Assembly: GCA_016748015.1 (NCBI GenBank) | Contig: JAAOMT010000749.1 | Span: 1 to 64,000 of the forward strand | Direction: 5' to 3' | From: Geosiphon pyriformis uo1 | Lineage: Eukaryota > Fungi > Glomeromycota | DNA length: 64,000 nucleotides | In this document: positions 48,269-61,644 of the stretch, piece after piece | Layout of the letters: the number at the start of each line of letters is the position of its first letter | Numbering within the stretch: the first letter of the stretch is position 1 | Translations under genes and position numbers: made by a program | The notes under the pieces: generated by a model | The model's database searches: none | Told to the model about the DNA's origin: nothing | Seen by the model: the letters and a program-made list of their open reading frames with translations, nothing else

Positions 48269-51200
48269 ACTAATTTTTTAATGAGACATTACGAAAAAAA
48301 TAATTGATTTGGCGTGTAGCACATTAAAATTAGTAAATTTGCAATAAAAAAAAGGCTAAATAGAAAGATGAATCACAACTTATACTTTTTCCAAACCGAT
48401 CCAAAAAAAGGATTAGGTCGATGGTCAGAGATTGACCCACCATATTTATATATTGAAAATTTAAAAATGATCCTGACTTAATGAAAGAAGGTATTCTTTT
48501 CGAGATGACAATGTTCTTGTTCACATTTGCCAAAGATGTTCAAGGTTGGATCAAACAAGAGAAGATTAATATAAATAGCGGTATGAAGACAGATTTTGAT
48601 TTTTATAGTTAGACATCAGGATTTTTTGCATAAAAAACTGATTAAAACAACTGATAATTACTAACTGTTAATATTACATTCATTCATTCATTTAAATGAT
48701 CTTAGAAAAGGCACAAACCCTAATAACCTCACAAAAATTGTAGAATATTGATTTGTATAGGTAACTGCAGAAGTTATGACCGATTCTTTTTTTAATGGTT
48801 TTTCAAGATCGTCAGATCTCTTTGATGTAAAGTTCCATTGCGAGTTCTTCTTCCAAGACTATTTCACAAGTCTTGAATAAAATTCAAGTCTGAAGATTGA
48901 GAAAAACATTTTCCTCAAATCTTTATTATTTATTAAGAAATCTAACATTCAAGATATTATTATCTTTGCCAATTATTTAAGATTTATTATTATTTGATGC
49001 AAATTTCAAATATTACACAACTGCAAGGTTTCTGTTTAAATTTATAAATTTGCATCTCATCAAAGGACACCATTTGATGAATTTCGCGATAATTAATCAA
49101 TATAGAAGATCATTATTTTCCATAATTGGTTGAATGTGGTAAGCTTTTTTAACCAATAATTTTAGTTATTAACAGTTTGAAAGTTCAGTTATGATTTTTT
49201 ATAAACTATACTTTGCAAACTGCTGACGTTAATTACCATCATTAAGGATATTTGAAACATCAAATCTTTTTTGAAAATAAAACCCTGTTTGGGAACATTT
49301 GTTTGTTTGCATGTTTGTTTTTAATAAGGAATAAGAGAGAGTTAAAATTTTAATATATACAAATGGCTAAATTCTTATTAAAGCTGCCAAATTTTAAACT
49401 AGTTTATTTTGATTCTACTCTTTACCTTAATCGTTTATTTAGGAGCTCAAAACATATTCCTTGATGAATAGTTTAGCAAATATTTTTAAATTTAGGACAT
49501 CCATCGTGCCATATAGCATTAAAGTGCGATAAATGGATAAATTTTTTAATTTCCCAGGATATTATTCTTCGATATAGATGTAAGTTCGCAATTCAAATCT
49601 CGAAAAGAATCTTATCAAGAAAATATTTGGAGCACATACTGTACTTGTTTAAAATTTACAGAATTTTTCGCAATTAATCGCAGAAATTTTCTGTCATTGT
49701 CAATTTTTTGACTTTTTCAAAATTTCATGAATCTCTACTTTGTTATTTTACAATTTAAAATTTTTTTGATACGCCAAAAATTGCATCATGGGCTTCCAAA
49801 AAAATTTGAGTTGACTCCATAATTCTGATTTCCAAACCCTATATCTTGCTTCTCCAATGACCATCTGGCCTTTTTTTATTGGTTACAATTTTTTTCAATT
49901 CTAGGATTTTATAATTTTTACAAAAAATAAAAGTTTGAATCTAAACTGCCTTCATTTTGGCTTAAAAAAATCTGCATTGAAATATCTTTTATAAAGAAAT
50001 TTATTTAATTGGTTTCAAATTTCTGAGCTCAATTATTAAATATGTCAAAATAAAATAATTATTGCTAGAATGTATCTAAAACCTTTGTATAACAAAGTAT
50101 TTAGATGGAAATCCCCTTCCAAACACTTTGATCTATTATCCAAGTTAATTAGAAATATAAATAACTATGTTATGTATTTAAGAACTTTACTTTTGATTAT
50201 ATTTTAGTATCTTGTGTAAATAGTTGCCATTCTATTACAAGGAGAAGATTTTTATCGTCATTTTTTAATTTGACCATTACAGCAAAAATATACATTAAAT
50301 GCTCTAGTTAATTTTAAAGTTAGAGAGCAGATTCCTGGATAATATATAGGATTACAGAAACTACTCTTTGAAAAAGAAAAGAAATTTAAAGACTTTTTAA
50401 TAGTATTGGTGGTAAGAAAAGGATAACTCAACTATTTTGAATCTATCTCATGATATTAATTATGTGATTGCAACTCTAATAAAAATTCTTCAATTGATTA
50501 CAATTTTTTTTGATTATTAATTGTTTAACCCAAAATTTTCTTGCAGCTATAGGTAAATTCCTCTCTCTTTATGTACAATGTATTACCTTTTTTTCAAAGT
50601 TACTATTTAGGGAAAATTGCTTACATTTTTATTATTTTTTAAAAAAAAACAATTTAAATCGTTGCCGGGTTCATGATTTGTTTGTTTGAGTGCCAAGTGA
50701 TTGTATCAGAATACTTAAAATAGGTTCTCGAAGGACCCCTTAATTCCACTACTTTGGGATTAGATGACTATTTATTATTATTTCATTAATTTAACTAGTC
50801 CCTTGAAATTATTAATTCAAGAAATTTTCTGCAAACTCTTCGTATTTGGTATTTCTGAAAGTATATCTAGCACAAAGTTTCATATATTGAAATTTCTTGT
50901 TTTCTGAATGGCAATTACGAAAACTTGAACCCGGTAAATGATTTGATTCCTTTAAAAATTAGTTGCTTTCTCATTTCATTTGATATAAACTTATAAATAA
51001 GTGTCTATTTGTGACATTATTTCAATAGAAAGACTCTCTCCTACAACAAAAGCATTGTCATCATGGGATTTGACTGATTTCTAAATGCCAATATTAAATA
51101 TTCTCATCGAGCTACTTTCAAGCTCAGAAAAAATTAATGGCTGACAAATTTAAGATTTAATTTGTTCCAAGGCATATTCGTATTGATAATGCTTTTTAGA

Positions 51201-51387
51201 TATACTTAAGATTTCTCTGGAAATAAGATTGCCCTCGAACAAGTCCTAATTTTTTTTAGCAGAAAGAATTTGATAAAATAACTAGAGTAAAACAGATACA
51301 CCTATCGTTTTTAAGATCTTGGCTAATTGAGCAAAAGAAAGTTTTATGAACATATACCGTTGAAAAGGTTCCCTTTCCTGCTAAATT

Positions 51388-52956
51388 TTAAATGGAACGA
51401 TCTCTACAACTTTTCATTTTTACTCCAAAGTATGGTCCGTCATGAGCCCATCGAGTGAAACTTTTCATCGAGTTAATGCATTCCTATAAATTGAAAAAAA
51501 GCTCGAAAAAAGATTGGACTCAGCAGATTTCAAAACGTCCAAAGTGAAAGATTTGACACCTGATTTTCTGACATTGTTTCCGTGTTCAATTGATTAGGAA
51601 CATTACATATGTATGTTTCCCCATCCAGCTTATTAATCCAAATCTCTATTCCACCATGGGCATATAGTGTACGATTTCTGGGCGTTGTTGGCACATCATC
51701 GTTGTAGTGATTTATCCTCCAAATATTCAAAAAAAGTGATGCATATCTGGCAAATGCACTATTTCCAATACGAGGGACCCCATATGCATCAACCTGTATA
51801 AAAATAGCATATCTTTCTCCAAATTTTTTTCTGAATTCTTTGTTAATGTCCAAGGCTCCAAGTATCGCATAAACTTTTGAAGAGATGAGAAGATATTAGA
51901 TGCCAAAGGCTTGTTTTACAACTCAAACGTAATTGTATTGAGATACATACCAGCCCCGAGGCTATGTCCAATTAGTAAAACCTGGATTCCAACGTGTTTT
52001 GGACCATGCATCATTGGATCAGGGTCGAAAATTTGTTCTATTAAAGGGTTAACTTTCAAGAGAAAATTATTCCTCACAGCAAGAAAATTCTTATAAAATT
52101 GTTTGTGAACCCTAGCATTCTGCACATCGGAATAAGGTACCAAGGTTATTTGATCTTTTTTATCAATAACGTATCTGTCCAAATTTTGCTCATCCCCTTT
52201 CATGGTAATAATAATCAAATTCCCTTGCAATTCGAATTGGGCTAGAGAAAGTATTCAGCCAAGATTTAAAAGCTCTGATTAATTTGAAGCTTGTGTTCAA
52301 ATTCATATAATGGAATTACCTTGGATTTTATCAGAAAGTTTAAAAGCTGTCCCGTTAAATGAACAATAAGCACGATTTGCTTTATGAGCAAACTTTTTAA
52401 AGCTAGCCATTGCAGAAGCTTTTATTAGGTATTTAGTCGGAGGATTGAGATTCCGAATTATTGCGTCGGGTTCTGCATAAGATATTCCATGATTCTGATC
52501 GATATCTTGACTTAATTTTATTTCTTGCTCTATCAATCGAGGAAGCTCGGAAAATCCTTGTAGATTATGGTACATGTTTTCCCAATTTTTGCTTTTTGTC
52601 TGCGTGCCTTCAGTAATTATAAAGTTTTCAGATGGAAGGATGCTTTGAACAGGATCTTGGTACTCATTAACCGCAATTTGATTTTTTGGCAATGGACTTT
52701 CAATATTTAAATCTATATTTTGTGGTACTTCAATTATATTTGGTAATGAATTTTCAAAGAAATTCAAGTCCTTTTCACTGTTAAGATATTCTTCAGTCAT
52801 ATATGGTGTAGAATCTTTGCTCAAGTAATTTGCTTGAACTTTTACATTATTCGAAAATCTAGCCATCAGCAAAATTATTGCAAAGGTCAATACGATAATT
52901 GAGTGGCTCTGTATTTTTTGCCATTCACACAGACCACGATTGCTGATTTTAAACAT
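51388..52956 (-). CDS. Secreted class-3 lipase with intact GHSLG nucleophile (4 exons)
   Basis: Signal/anchor helix and long propeptide; ANRAYC, LIIITMKG, VHKQFY, LLIGHSLGAG, AYGVPRIGNSAFA, HYNDDVPTTP, YAHGGIEIWI, and last exon ECINS..AHDGPYFG. Confidence 0.9.
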
Positions 52957-53663
52957 TGTTTTTTTGATGGTAAGCTATTTAGAGGAAAATACGAGTATAA
53001 ATAGGGAACTTTAAGATTTTCAATAAATTTACAAACTCAACAATCAATGTGATAATATTTTTTTATCGGCATTTCGGAAAGCTTTTGACAGGAAGATTTT
53101 CAGTTTTTTAAGGATTTTGTTATTTGTATATATTAGCTCAGACACAGCACCTGATATTTCGAATTGATTTGAATGAATTAAAATCACGATTAAATATAAA
53201 GACAAAACTCATCTTGCTCTTTTCAATGCATTGCATAGGTTTTAAATTTTTAAAATTTCCTTTTCTTATTACATGTACTAGAAAATATTGTAAGCCAAAT
53301 TTAATCTACTAGTGATTTCCTTAAAAAATACAAGATTTTTACTTTATAATCATTAAAAAAAAAATTTAATGAGAAATTTTTATGTTTCTATGTTTTTGTT
53401 TTACCCAGGATTGTCATTTAGCAAAGATTCGGAAACGCAATTTTAATCTTTGTTTCTATTTGGAAGTATGCCTCTCACGATTTAAATTTTTTAAAAAAAT
53501 TTATTCAGATATTATTATAACGAAAACACAATCTTTATCTATTTAAAAGATTTTCCCCAAATTCATTTTCCCCGAACATTAATTAGAAATCAAATATATA
53601 AGTAGCATGTCCCTTTTTCATTTATTCATTTATCTTATCTTTAAAATACAAAACATCTCATCA

Positions 53664-54041
53664 ATGGCTTACTTCTTTCCAAGAATATTTTTAATCCTGT
53701 TTCTCCTTCATTTTCTTTTTTTCAATCAATTGTCAGCTATACCCATTGACTTATTCAATTATCAAGACGATTTGGACCCATTTCAAGTAGATTACCTAGG
53801 TTTTGATGATCCCATTTATTTCATCAGTGATACTTCAGTTGGATCTCAAGAAATCCCTCCTCAAAGTGTCAACAAAAAGAATTCTCAACCAGTTAATGAT
53901 GAACCAAAGTATCCTCAGGTTCTAAAAAAACCACAATCTTATTCTATAAATGATTCAAGGTGCTTTAATACAGCAGACCTTTCTATAATTGAATTGTGCA
54001 CTAAGCCAGATCCAAATGTTAAAGAACCTATCGTTGAATGA
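53664..54041 (+). CDS. Small secreted protein (~125 aa)
   Basis: Signal peptide MAYFFPRIFLILFLLHFLFFNQLSA|IP, acidic mature N-terminus, two Cys near the C-terminus. An alternative upstream ATG lies at 53607. Confidence 0.7.
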   Translation: MAYFFPRIFLILFLLHFLFFNQLSAIPIDLFNYQDDLDPFQVDYLGFDDPIYFISDTSVGSQEIPPQSVNKKNSQPVNDEPKYPQVLKKPQSYSINDSRCFNTADLSIIELCTKPDPNVKEPIVE

Positions 54042-54559
54042 AAAAAAGCTTTAAAAATGTTTTTTTGAAAAGTGCGTTATTTCAAAGACAAACAATTAAG
54101 GTTGCTTTAAATATACTTTGTTATTTATCGAATGATAAAAGGCTTTGTAGTTAATTGATGGATTTGTTTTCCAGAATCTAGTTTTTGAAGGCTATAAAAT
54201 CTAGTAAGGTTTATAACAATCTTGGGCTAAAAATTTTAAATTGTCAATAAGGAATTAACTTGAAATTTTTTAATTTATCAAAGATCACTGATATCACTTT
54301 TATATTGATTATTGAAAAATTTAAAATAATATATAATCAAAGATTCAAAGTTCAAAAACTTTAGCTTTTAGGTTTTTTAATTATCAATGATAGTATTTAG
54401 GGACTTTTTACTTCAAATTTTAAAAGTCATTTATAATATTGTATTTGAAAAAATCATTACAATTAAATTTATTCACATTAGTTTTTTTGATCTTAATAAG
54501 CTTATAAAATTTATTTCAAAAATATCAGTTGGGATAATAGGCAAGAGCAACCATTTTAT

Positions 54560-55250
54560 GATGCTTACTAATTAGCGTAGCTTCAAATAGGATTCTTCGA
54601 AAGGTTAGCAGCAAATTTATTTGAAAACAGTTTAGGAGCCCTTATGTGACAATTGATATACAATAAAAAAAATGACAATTAGCAAGATTAATACTCACAG
54701 GTTTGCATAAGCAGAAGCGTGTAGTAATATGGATAAAATCACTTTAAAGACTATCGGGAACGAATATTTTTTTCTGACAAAGCAACTTTTCAATTATTCA
54801 GCACTGTAAATATCGATACAAAAGTTGAAATCTATGTTCATGTTCACGGCTGCGACCAGATGGTCGTATTCCAAAAGACCGGAGAAAATTTTGAGCTTGG
54901 AGATTTTCCGTACAAGGTAAAACGAGATTTTTTTGCTTAAAAGAGAGGATTGATGGTCCTTTTTACGTTTGATATTCTAAGGAAACACCTTCCGAAGATT
55001 AAAAAGATGTTGAGTAATAATTAGTGGTTCCAACAAAACAATGATCCGAAGTACACCAAAGAAATTTTCGAGAACTTTCTGACAATTATCGATTGCCATC
55101 CACCACTCCTGGCCTAAAACCTATCAAATCATTATTAAGAAGAATATAAAGGAGTGGGAGCCAAAAATATTTTGAAATTGAAGCAATGGTAAAAGATTCC
55201 ACCTTATAAATAACTTAGTAGGGTCAATGAAGGAGCGATGTCAATTTGTG
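54560..55250 (+). mobile_element. Tc1-family transposase relic (highly degenerate)
   Basis: Fragments NIFFSDKATFQLF (~54765), IPKDRRK, FSVQGKT, IDGPFYV, WFQQNNDPKYT (~55025) and LPSTTPGLKPIK correspond to the Tc1 motifs FSDE, FQQDNDPKHT and WPSxSPDLNPIE. No TIRs found. Confidence 0.75.
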
Positions 55251-55407
55251 TTTGAAAATAATGGCAAACGTTTTACTAATATTTTTATACATGGTTTAGT
55301 CGAATGGTTATAGATAAATTATCAAATAATTTCTTCAAAAGATTTTTGTAATAGACTATATATACAAATAGAATATTGAAATTTACAAATTTAAAGAGTG
55401 CAGTCCC

Positions 55408-56747
55408 TTAATAAGGTCTGTCTTGATCCAGACAACTTCCCATCTTTATAGTAAAGTAAGGACCATTGTTCGACTTGGATTCTAATCTGGAAAACTTCTG
55501 ATTACAATGCTAAGGTAAAGTAGTAAAAATAATTTATGATGAAAACGTCTTTATGGCTGAGGAAAAACTCAAATAAAGTAGTTCTTACCTGGCTTTCTTT
55601 CATAAAATATTCATTATTAGGCATTTGTATTTCAGGTCCTGGACACCAAAAAACTTCCTCTTGATCGCAATCACAATTTTTATTAATAAACATCTCTAGC
55701 TTGTTGTGTTCATAGATGTTTGAAATAGTGCTCGGAGGCATTGTTGGGACAAAATCGTCACTATGCGTTACTCGTATTACATTCAAATTTATTATATTGT
55801 CATTGATATATTTTGCAAAAAGTTGGTTGCCAATGCGTGGTTGACCGAATGTCACTGCTGAAAGATATAAACCTTTTTGTAGATTCATCAATTCGAGTAA
55901 AGCGAAGATAGCGTAGACTTTAAAAATTTCGATTTGGAGAAAAAAAATGAATAACGTGATAGTGTCGATATTAAATTTTGAAAGATTCTGTACCTACCAC
56001 CACCTACTCCATGACCAAAAGCAAAAACTTTTTTTATTCCACTTGCTTGAATAAGTTTTATGATCCGTTTTGATATTCTGAGCCCTGTTCCTAGAAAATC
56101 CTCATAAAAATTTTTATTTACTTTGGCTCCCTTGACTCGGCGATAGGGAATCATTTGTAACGGAAAAGAGCTCCATTGTAATTGGTTCAATTTGACTGAC
56201 GAACGAATTGTTAACACTATACCTTCATTTTTTATTTTTATAGAAGCTGAAAGGATGATAAAACCGGCAAATTTCATTTGAAAAATTTTTAAAATATGTC
56301 ATATTCTGATTAAAATGCCTTGATTGATTTACCATGGATCCCTGGTCCTATTTTATCCAATTCAGGAATGCAATAGGCTTTCATTGCGTAATAGGCGTAC
56401 CTTTTATACTTTTCTAAAACTTCGATTTGATTGACGGGTATTTTGAAATCGTCATTTCCGTTCCTGGCAAGTAGTACATTTGGGGATTCTTTCCTTCTTT
56501 TGGTTAATTCAAAACTTTTGCTTGAAGAAATTGTTTGAACTATTTTGTTACTAATGTTCAAGTGTCGTTCAGTATTTGTTATAGTAGTTGCAGTATGGTT
56601 AATATTGTTCATCCCTGATTGTCTAGATATATATTTAAGGTCTCCTTGAAAAAAAAATTTCAATAATGTACATTCTGGAGAAAGGAAAATAAAAAAAGTC
56701 CTTAATACGAAACTAAAGAATAATGTAAACAGATATAGCGAATTCAT
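55408..56747 (-). CDS. Class-3 lipase-like protein lacking catalytic Ser (GHGVG) and His (4 exons)
   Basis: MNSLYLFTLFFSF signal/anchor; YAMKAYC, VNKNFY, FAFGHGVGGG, VTFGQPRIGNQLFA, RVTHSDDFVPTMP, YEHNKLEMFI, and last exon HCNQK..SNNGPYF. Confidence 0.85.
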
Positions 56748-59179
56748 TGATAATTTTATCAAAAAAACTGTATCTGAAGAAATTATTATCAAATCGGGGG
56801 ATCCGTTGGTTTTATGAAAAATTAAACAAAAAAAATGCAAAAGATCAAATTAAATCTTTGCAAGTATTTATCGTTATTTTCATTTTAAACCATTGAGATT
56901 GAATATAAATATATATTTGATTTATAACATCAAATGACTTGTAAAAGGAATGAATGAATACAATGAAATTTAGAGTAAAATACACGAAAAAACGTGATAT
57001 ATAGCATTTCATATCTTTTAAATAATTCGATTCAATGTGATTATTATTTGGGGAAACCTACAATTTGACGCCCCCGAAAATCACAACAAATAAATCGGAG
57101 AAAAGAAACATAATAAATATTTAATGGAATTTTTTTATTTCGTCAGATCTCATAAAAATTATGCGACGAAGGATTTTTTAAACGGAAAAACTCTTTAAAT
57201 ATAAATGAAATAACTTGATGAAAGAGTCTTGAGACCCAAAAAATGATCACTTGCTTATTTTATTTTAATTATATGTTTATAAAAACTCATTTATAGTAAT
57301 AATATTTGTAAGTAAATTATAATGTAAACATGTGTCCAAGAATATATATTAATATTGTACTTAACCGAATTAAGGTTATTATGAATTAACTGATTTAAAA
57401 AATTTTTAATCTAGACAAAGAAAGACTCAAATTAACACATTACTTCTCATCTGATTTTTTTTAAAAAGACAGATGACAGCTTTCAATTGCATGATACTTT
57501 TAAAGTTTATCAAAACTTGATTTTATTCGATTTTAATGATTTTCAAAAAATAAAATTTGTGCAAACATAAACATTGAATTGAGAATTTGTATTCCAAAAA
57601 CTTTTTAAATCAAAAATTATTAACATATCAACGTTCATAAATTTTTATACATAAAAATTGCTTTTTACATTTTTTTTCTCAAAGTAATTAAGATTATATT
57701 TAAAATTTGATGAAATTCTTAAAATTCTATTTACAGTTTATTTTTTAATTAAACATTAATAAAAATAAAAAATAATTTTAAATTTCTCAATATTTTAGAA
57801 TTTTAATTCATACAAAAAATTTATTTAAAATCATATTTAAAGGACAAAAATTAATATATATAAACATTATTTGTCTTTTAAAATCTTTGTAATAATTTTG
57901 ATTCAATATTGAATTTTTAAAATATATTTATATCATTCTTTGATTATTTAAACCATCAAAATAAAAGAATAAAAATTTGTTTAAAAAATAACATTTATAA
58001 TTTATTAATAGCTATATATATGATTACTTTCTTATTCTTGTTTTTAATCCAGTTTTTTTTAATAAAATTTTCATTTCTTTAAAATTAGCATTTTAATTAA
58101 TAATTTTGAATTTATTTATTATTAAGGTATTTATTATAAATTTAAAATCTATTTCTAATTAACTATGATTAATATCTTGTTTAAATTTTATTATAAAAAA
58201 TAATAATTAATATTCATTCATTTTTAACTAATTAAATTTGTATTGTAAAAGAGCAAAATATCTTAAAAATTTCAGGATTTAATTATATAGTCTGGTATAA
58301 AGCTTTTGTTAAGATTTAAAATCAGTTCTAAAAAGTCAAAAGTTCAACCAATTATCCATTCTGAATTTTAAATTGCTTAAAGTTATTTCTGCAAAATAAA
58401 GACATTGATCTTTGTTTCTTAAACAATTAATTACCGAAAATTGTTTCATCCAAATTAATTTTTTATAAAATAAAACTAGGAACTTTTCTTGGCATCTAAA
58501 AAAAAACCTTTATTTTACGAATAAATTTGGAAGATTATTGTAAACCAAATTAATAAAGTAATAATAAATGTTTGGCAAAGAAAATTAATGTGCACGAGAA
58601 AGACAAAACTAGCTGAATGTAGAATTTTTTGAATTTTCAAATCAAACAATTGTAAAATATTAATGGCATACAATAATATTACAAAAAAAATTTTGAACAC
58701 AAAACAAAAAAATATTTACATTCTATCCCTATTATATATTCTATACTTGGGAATTTAGTCTAGAAGCTGGTATCATTTTAATGTCACGTCTCTTATTTCT
58801 GCATAGACTCAAAAAAATTGGCTATTCAACATCTTTTTGAGTTTCGTTGCATGGGGAATTATATCAAATTGAGAAAAACCTTTTTTCAAAGAACAATAAA
58901 ATCAACGGAGATTTTCGTAAAACAAGAAAATATTATGTAGATTAATTTAATAGAAAAATGGGAATGTTGCAGTTCTCCCACAAAGTGAATTTAAAGCCGA
59001 ATCGAATTAAGAATTCATAAAGAACATTCATGCTGTATGACATAAGGCATTGTCTCACAAATAGCTGATCAATAATATTACCAGATCTTGAGTATTTAAA
59101 TTAAACGATCTCGGTATACAGGAAAATTAAATCATTTCGTTGTTACAAAGTTTAACCACTGGGACAAACAAATTATTTG

Positions 59180-59962
59180 ATGATGAAAAAGTGTTTATCA
59201 TGTTCCACTGAAAAATTTACTATGTTGGCAAATGAGATTTTAGGTGTTTGTCGAGAAGGAAATGATTATTGGAGCACTTCTGCACCGAAAATTCAACAAA
59301 TCAAAAAAAGACTTTTGGCGAGTGACCAATCACCTGAAGAAATTTTCGCATTAGTACACGATCATTATTTTCAACCATTATACACCTCATTAATTGGGTT
59401 CTTACATTTTCATGGATTTGGAACCGAGGCTGATAAAAAGGTTGCATTTAAATGGTTTCAGATTGCGGCCGAAACAAGTGACCCAGCAACACTCTACGAG
59501 CTAGGATTCTGCTATTGGGGTGGTACAGGTACCAATTCTGATTTATCAATAGCACTTTCGCTGTACGAACAAGCTGCCTTGGGTGGTTTTAAGCTCGCAC
59601 AATTCAGCCTTGGTTATGCCTATTTTCACGGTTATGGCTTTGAAGTTAATTTTCAACTGGCGTTTCAATGGTTTGAAAAGAGTGCACAAGCCGGGTACCC
59701 AATTGGACAGTATTACCTCGCACGTTGCTATCGACACGGACTTGGAACGAGAAGAAATACAACTAAAACACTTTTTTGGTTTATGAAATCAGCTGAAGGT
59801 GGATATATCCATGCTCGTCTAAAACTGGCAAAGCGAATTTACAAAGGCGAAGGAATTCAACGTGACATACATCATTCTCTAAGATATCTCGTCGCATCCT
59901 TGAAAAGTGATGGATCTATTCCAATAGTAGAACTCGAGCAAATATTACTCAATGAGCCTTAA
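59180..59962 (+). CDS. SEL1-repeat (HCP-like) protein, intronless
   Basis: About five SEL1 repeats, for example LIGFLHFHGFGTEADKKVAFKWFQIAA, AQFSLGYAYFHGYGFEVNFQLAFQWFEKSA and GQYYLARCYRHGLGTRRN. Confidence 0.93.
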   Translation: MMKKCLSCSTEKFTMLANEILGVCREGNDYWSTSAPKIQQIKKRLLASDQSPEEIFALVHDHYFQPLYTSLIGFLHFHGFGTEADKKVAFKWFQIAAETSDPATLYELGFCYWGGTGTNSDLSIALSLYEQAALGGFKLAQFSLGYAYFHGYGFEVNFQLAFQWFEKSAQAGYPIGQYYLARCYRHGLGTRRNTTKTLFWFMKSAEGGYIHARLKLAKRIYKGEGIQRDIHHSLRYLVASLKSDGSIPIVELEQILLNEP

Positions 59963-61644
59963 GAATTATTTTCCCATTTCCAAAATTTTTGGAATTGCCA
60001 GGGTTTCAGTGAAAATGCTTTAAAACAATAAATTTTCGGCAAAACAATGCTTTGACTGACAGTACTCAGAATTTCATAGGCATCTCTGGGCCAATTGAAA
60101 GCGGGTCTCAGATCAGTTTAGTCATTTTATTTGAAATCTAATAGACACTTAATGAAGCCTGGAGTAAAAGAAAAGCTTTTATTTACCCAAATATACATTT
60201 TTGCAGAAAAAAGTGAGATCACGATCTTGATTCAAGATGAGATACTGTAATCAAAGCATTCCAGTGATCAGTTTGGTCATAGGCAGTTTTACAAAAAACA
60301 TTGAAGAGTCCATAGCAGTTAAGGTTCGATGATAGTAAAGAATATTTTGATCCCTCCTTTTTTTTAATCAAAACCATGAAAAGTAGTGCCAAGATTTGAA
60401 AGATATATTTCAAGAAAGTAGAATCTTATATTCTGCCCAAGAACCTCAAAGGTTTTAAGAAATCCTAGTATTTAATAGTTTAACTTTGGCATATGGAAAG
60501 TTGTTATTTGAACGATCAGCTACCTAATCTAACCAATCAGTAGCCTTTAGGCTGCCAAAAAAAAGTCATAACATCTTGAAATCTGGAATCGGACGATGCC
60601 CAAAACAATGGTACTCTTTTTGAGAGAAAGTCAATATTAGTTCTGGTTCAAACATTTAACCTTTTATGGGAAACTCCCTCCAGTTTGCAAATTTATTTTT
60701 TGTCATATTAAGTGTCATTTCAAAGAAAAATGGTAAAATATTTGGTTAAAAATTTAAACACAAATATTTCAAAGGAAAATAACTTGAAGAGTATCATAAA
60801 ATTAAGAATCGCTTGCAAGTATGAAGTAAATGTGCAATTCTTTTTTCAAAATTGAGGCTTAAAATTTTGGAGGTATAGTAATTTTTTTATTTTAAAAAAT
60901 CTACAAATGCATTTATTTCTGATGAATCTAACACAACTTTTCATTTGTATATAAATGTAAATCTTTTTTGGCTTGAATTTGAAAATTCTATTGCATTAAT
61001 ATTTTTATATAATTTAAACTGAAAGATTTTTTATGTAAATTTTGATCTTTGGTGTTTTTTTTTTCAAGTGCAAAATCAGAATTATAATGATTGAAATTGA
61101 AATTATAAAAATCCAAATCAATATTTAAATTCAACTATTTCTTATTAATTTATTTTACTTTTTCATGAAACTTTGATTTTTGATAACATATTTGGAAAAT
61201 TCTTTTGACAGTGTTAAAATTTTCATAAAGGATTGTGAAAGAAACCATTTATCCAGTTTGATATAAACACATGTACTTGCATATTAATGAGTATTTGTTT
61301 GATGATTTCAATTCCAATTAAGTTAACATTTATTATAATTCATTTTATTAAGAATTCGAAATGCAGAGTAAAAATTTGCGTCATATGATTTTAACAGCCA
61401 ATTCCTTCTGCATATCCAGGAATTAACAGACTCTTTTGTTTATTTAACGCGTATCATCTTTGACTCTCTTACTGAATCATTAATATGAAGAGCTAAATGT
61501 TCTGGAATATTCATAAATGTATTTGCAGAAAGAGTTTCAAAGCTGGGCTAATATTTTAATTTTTTTTAGACGCTAAAAACCCTTCGCTAAAATTTAGTAT
61601 AGTATATTATATTACATTGACATTAATTAAATAATAAGTTAATA

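Noticed and set aside
57240-58500. Extremely AT-rich stretch as a centromere, NUMT or element
   Set aside because: No termini, repeats, ORFs or RNA-gene motifs support a call.
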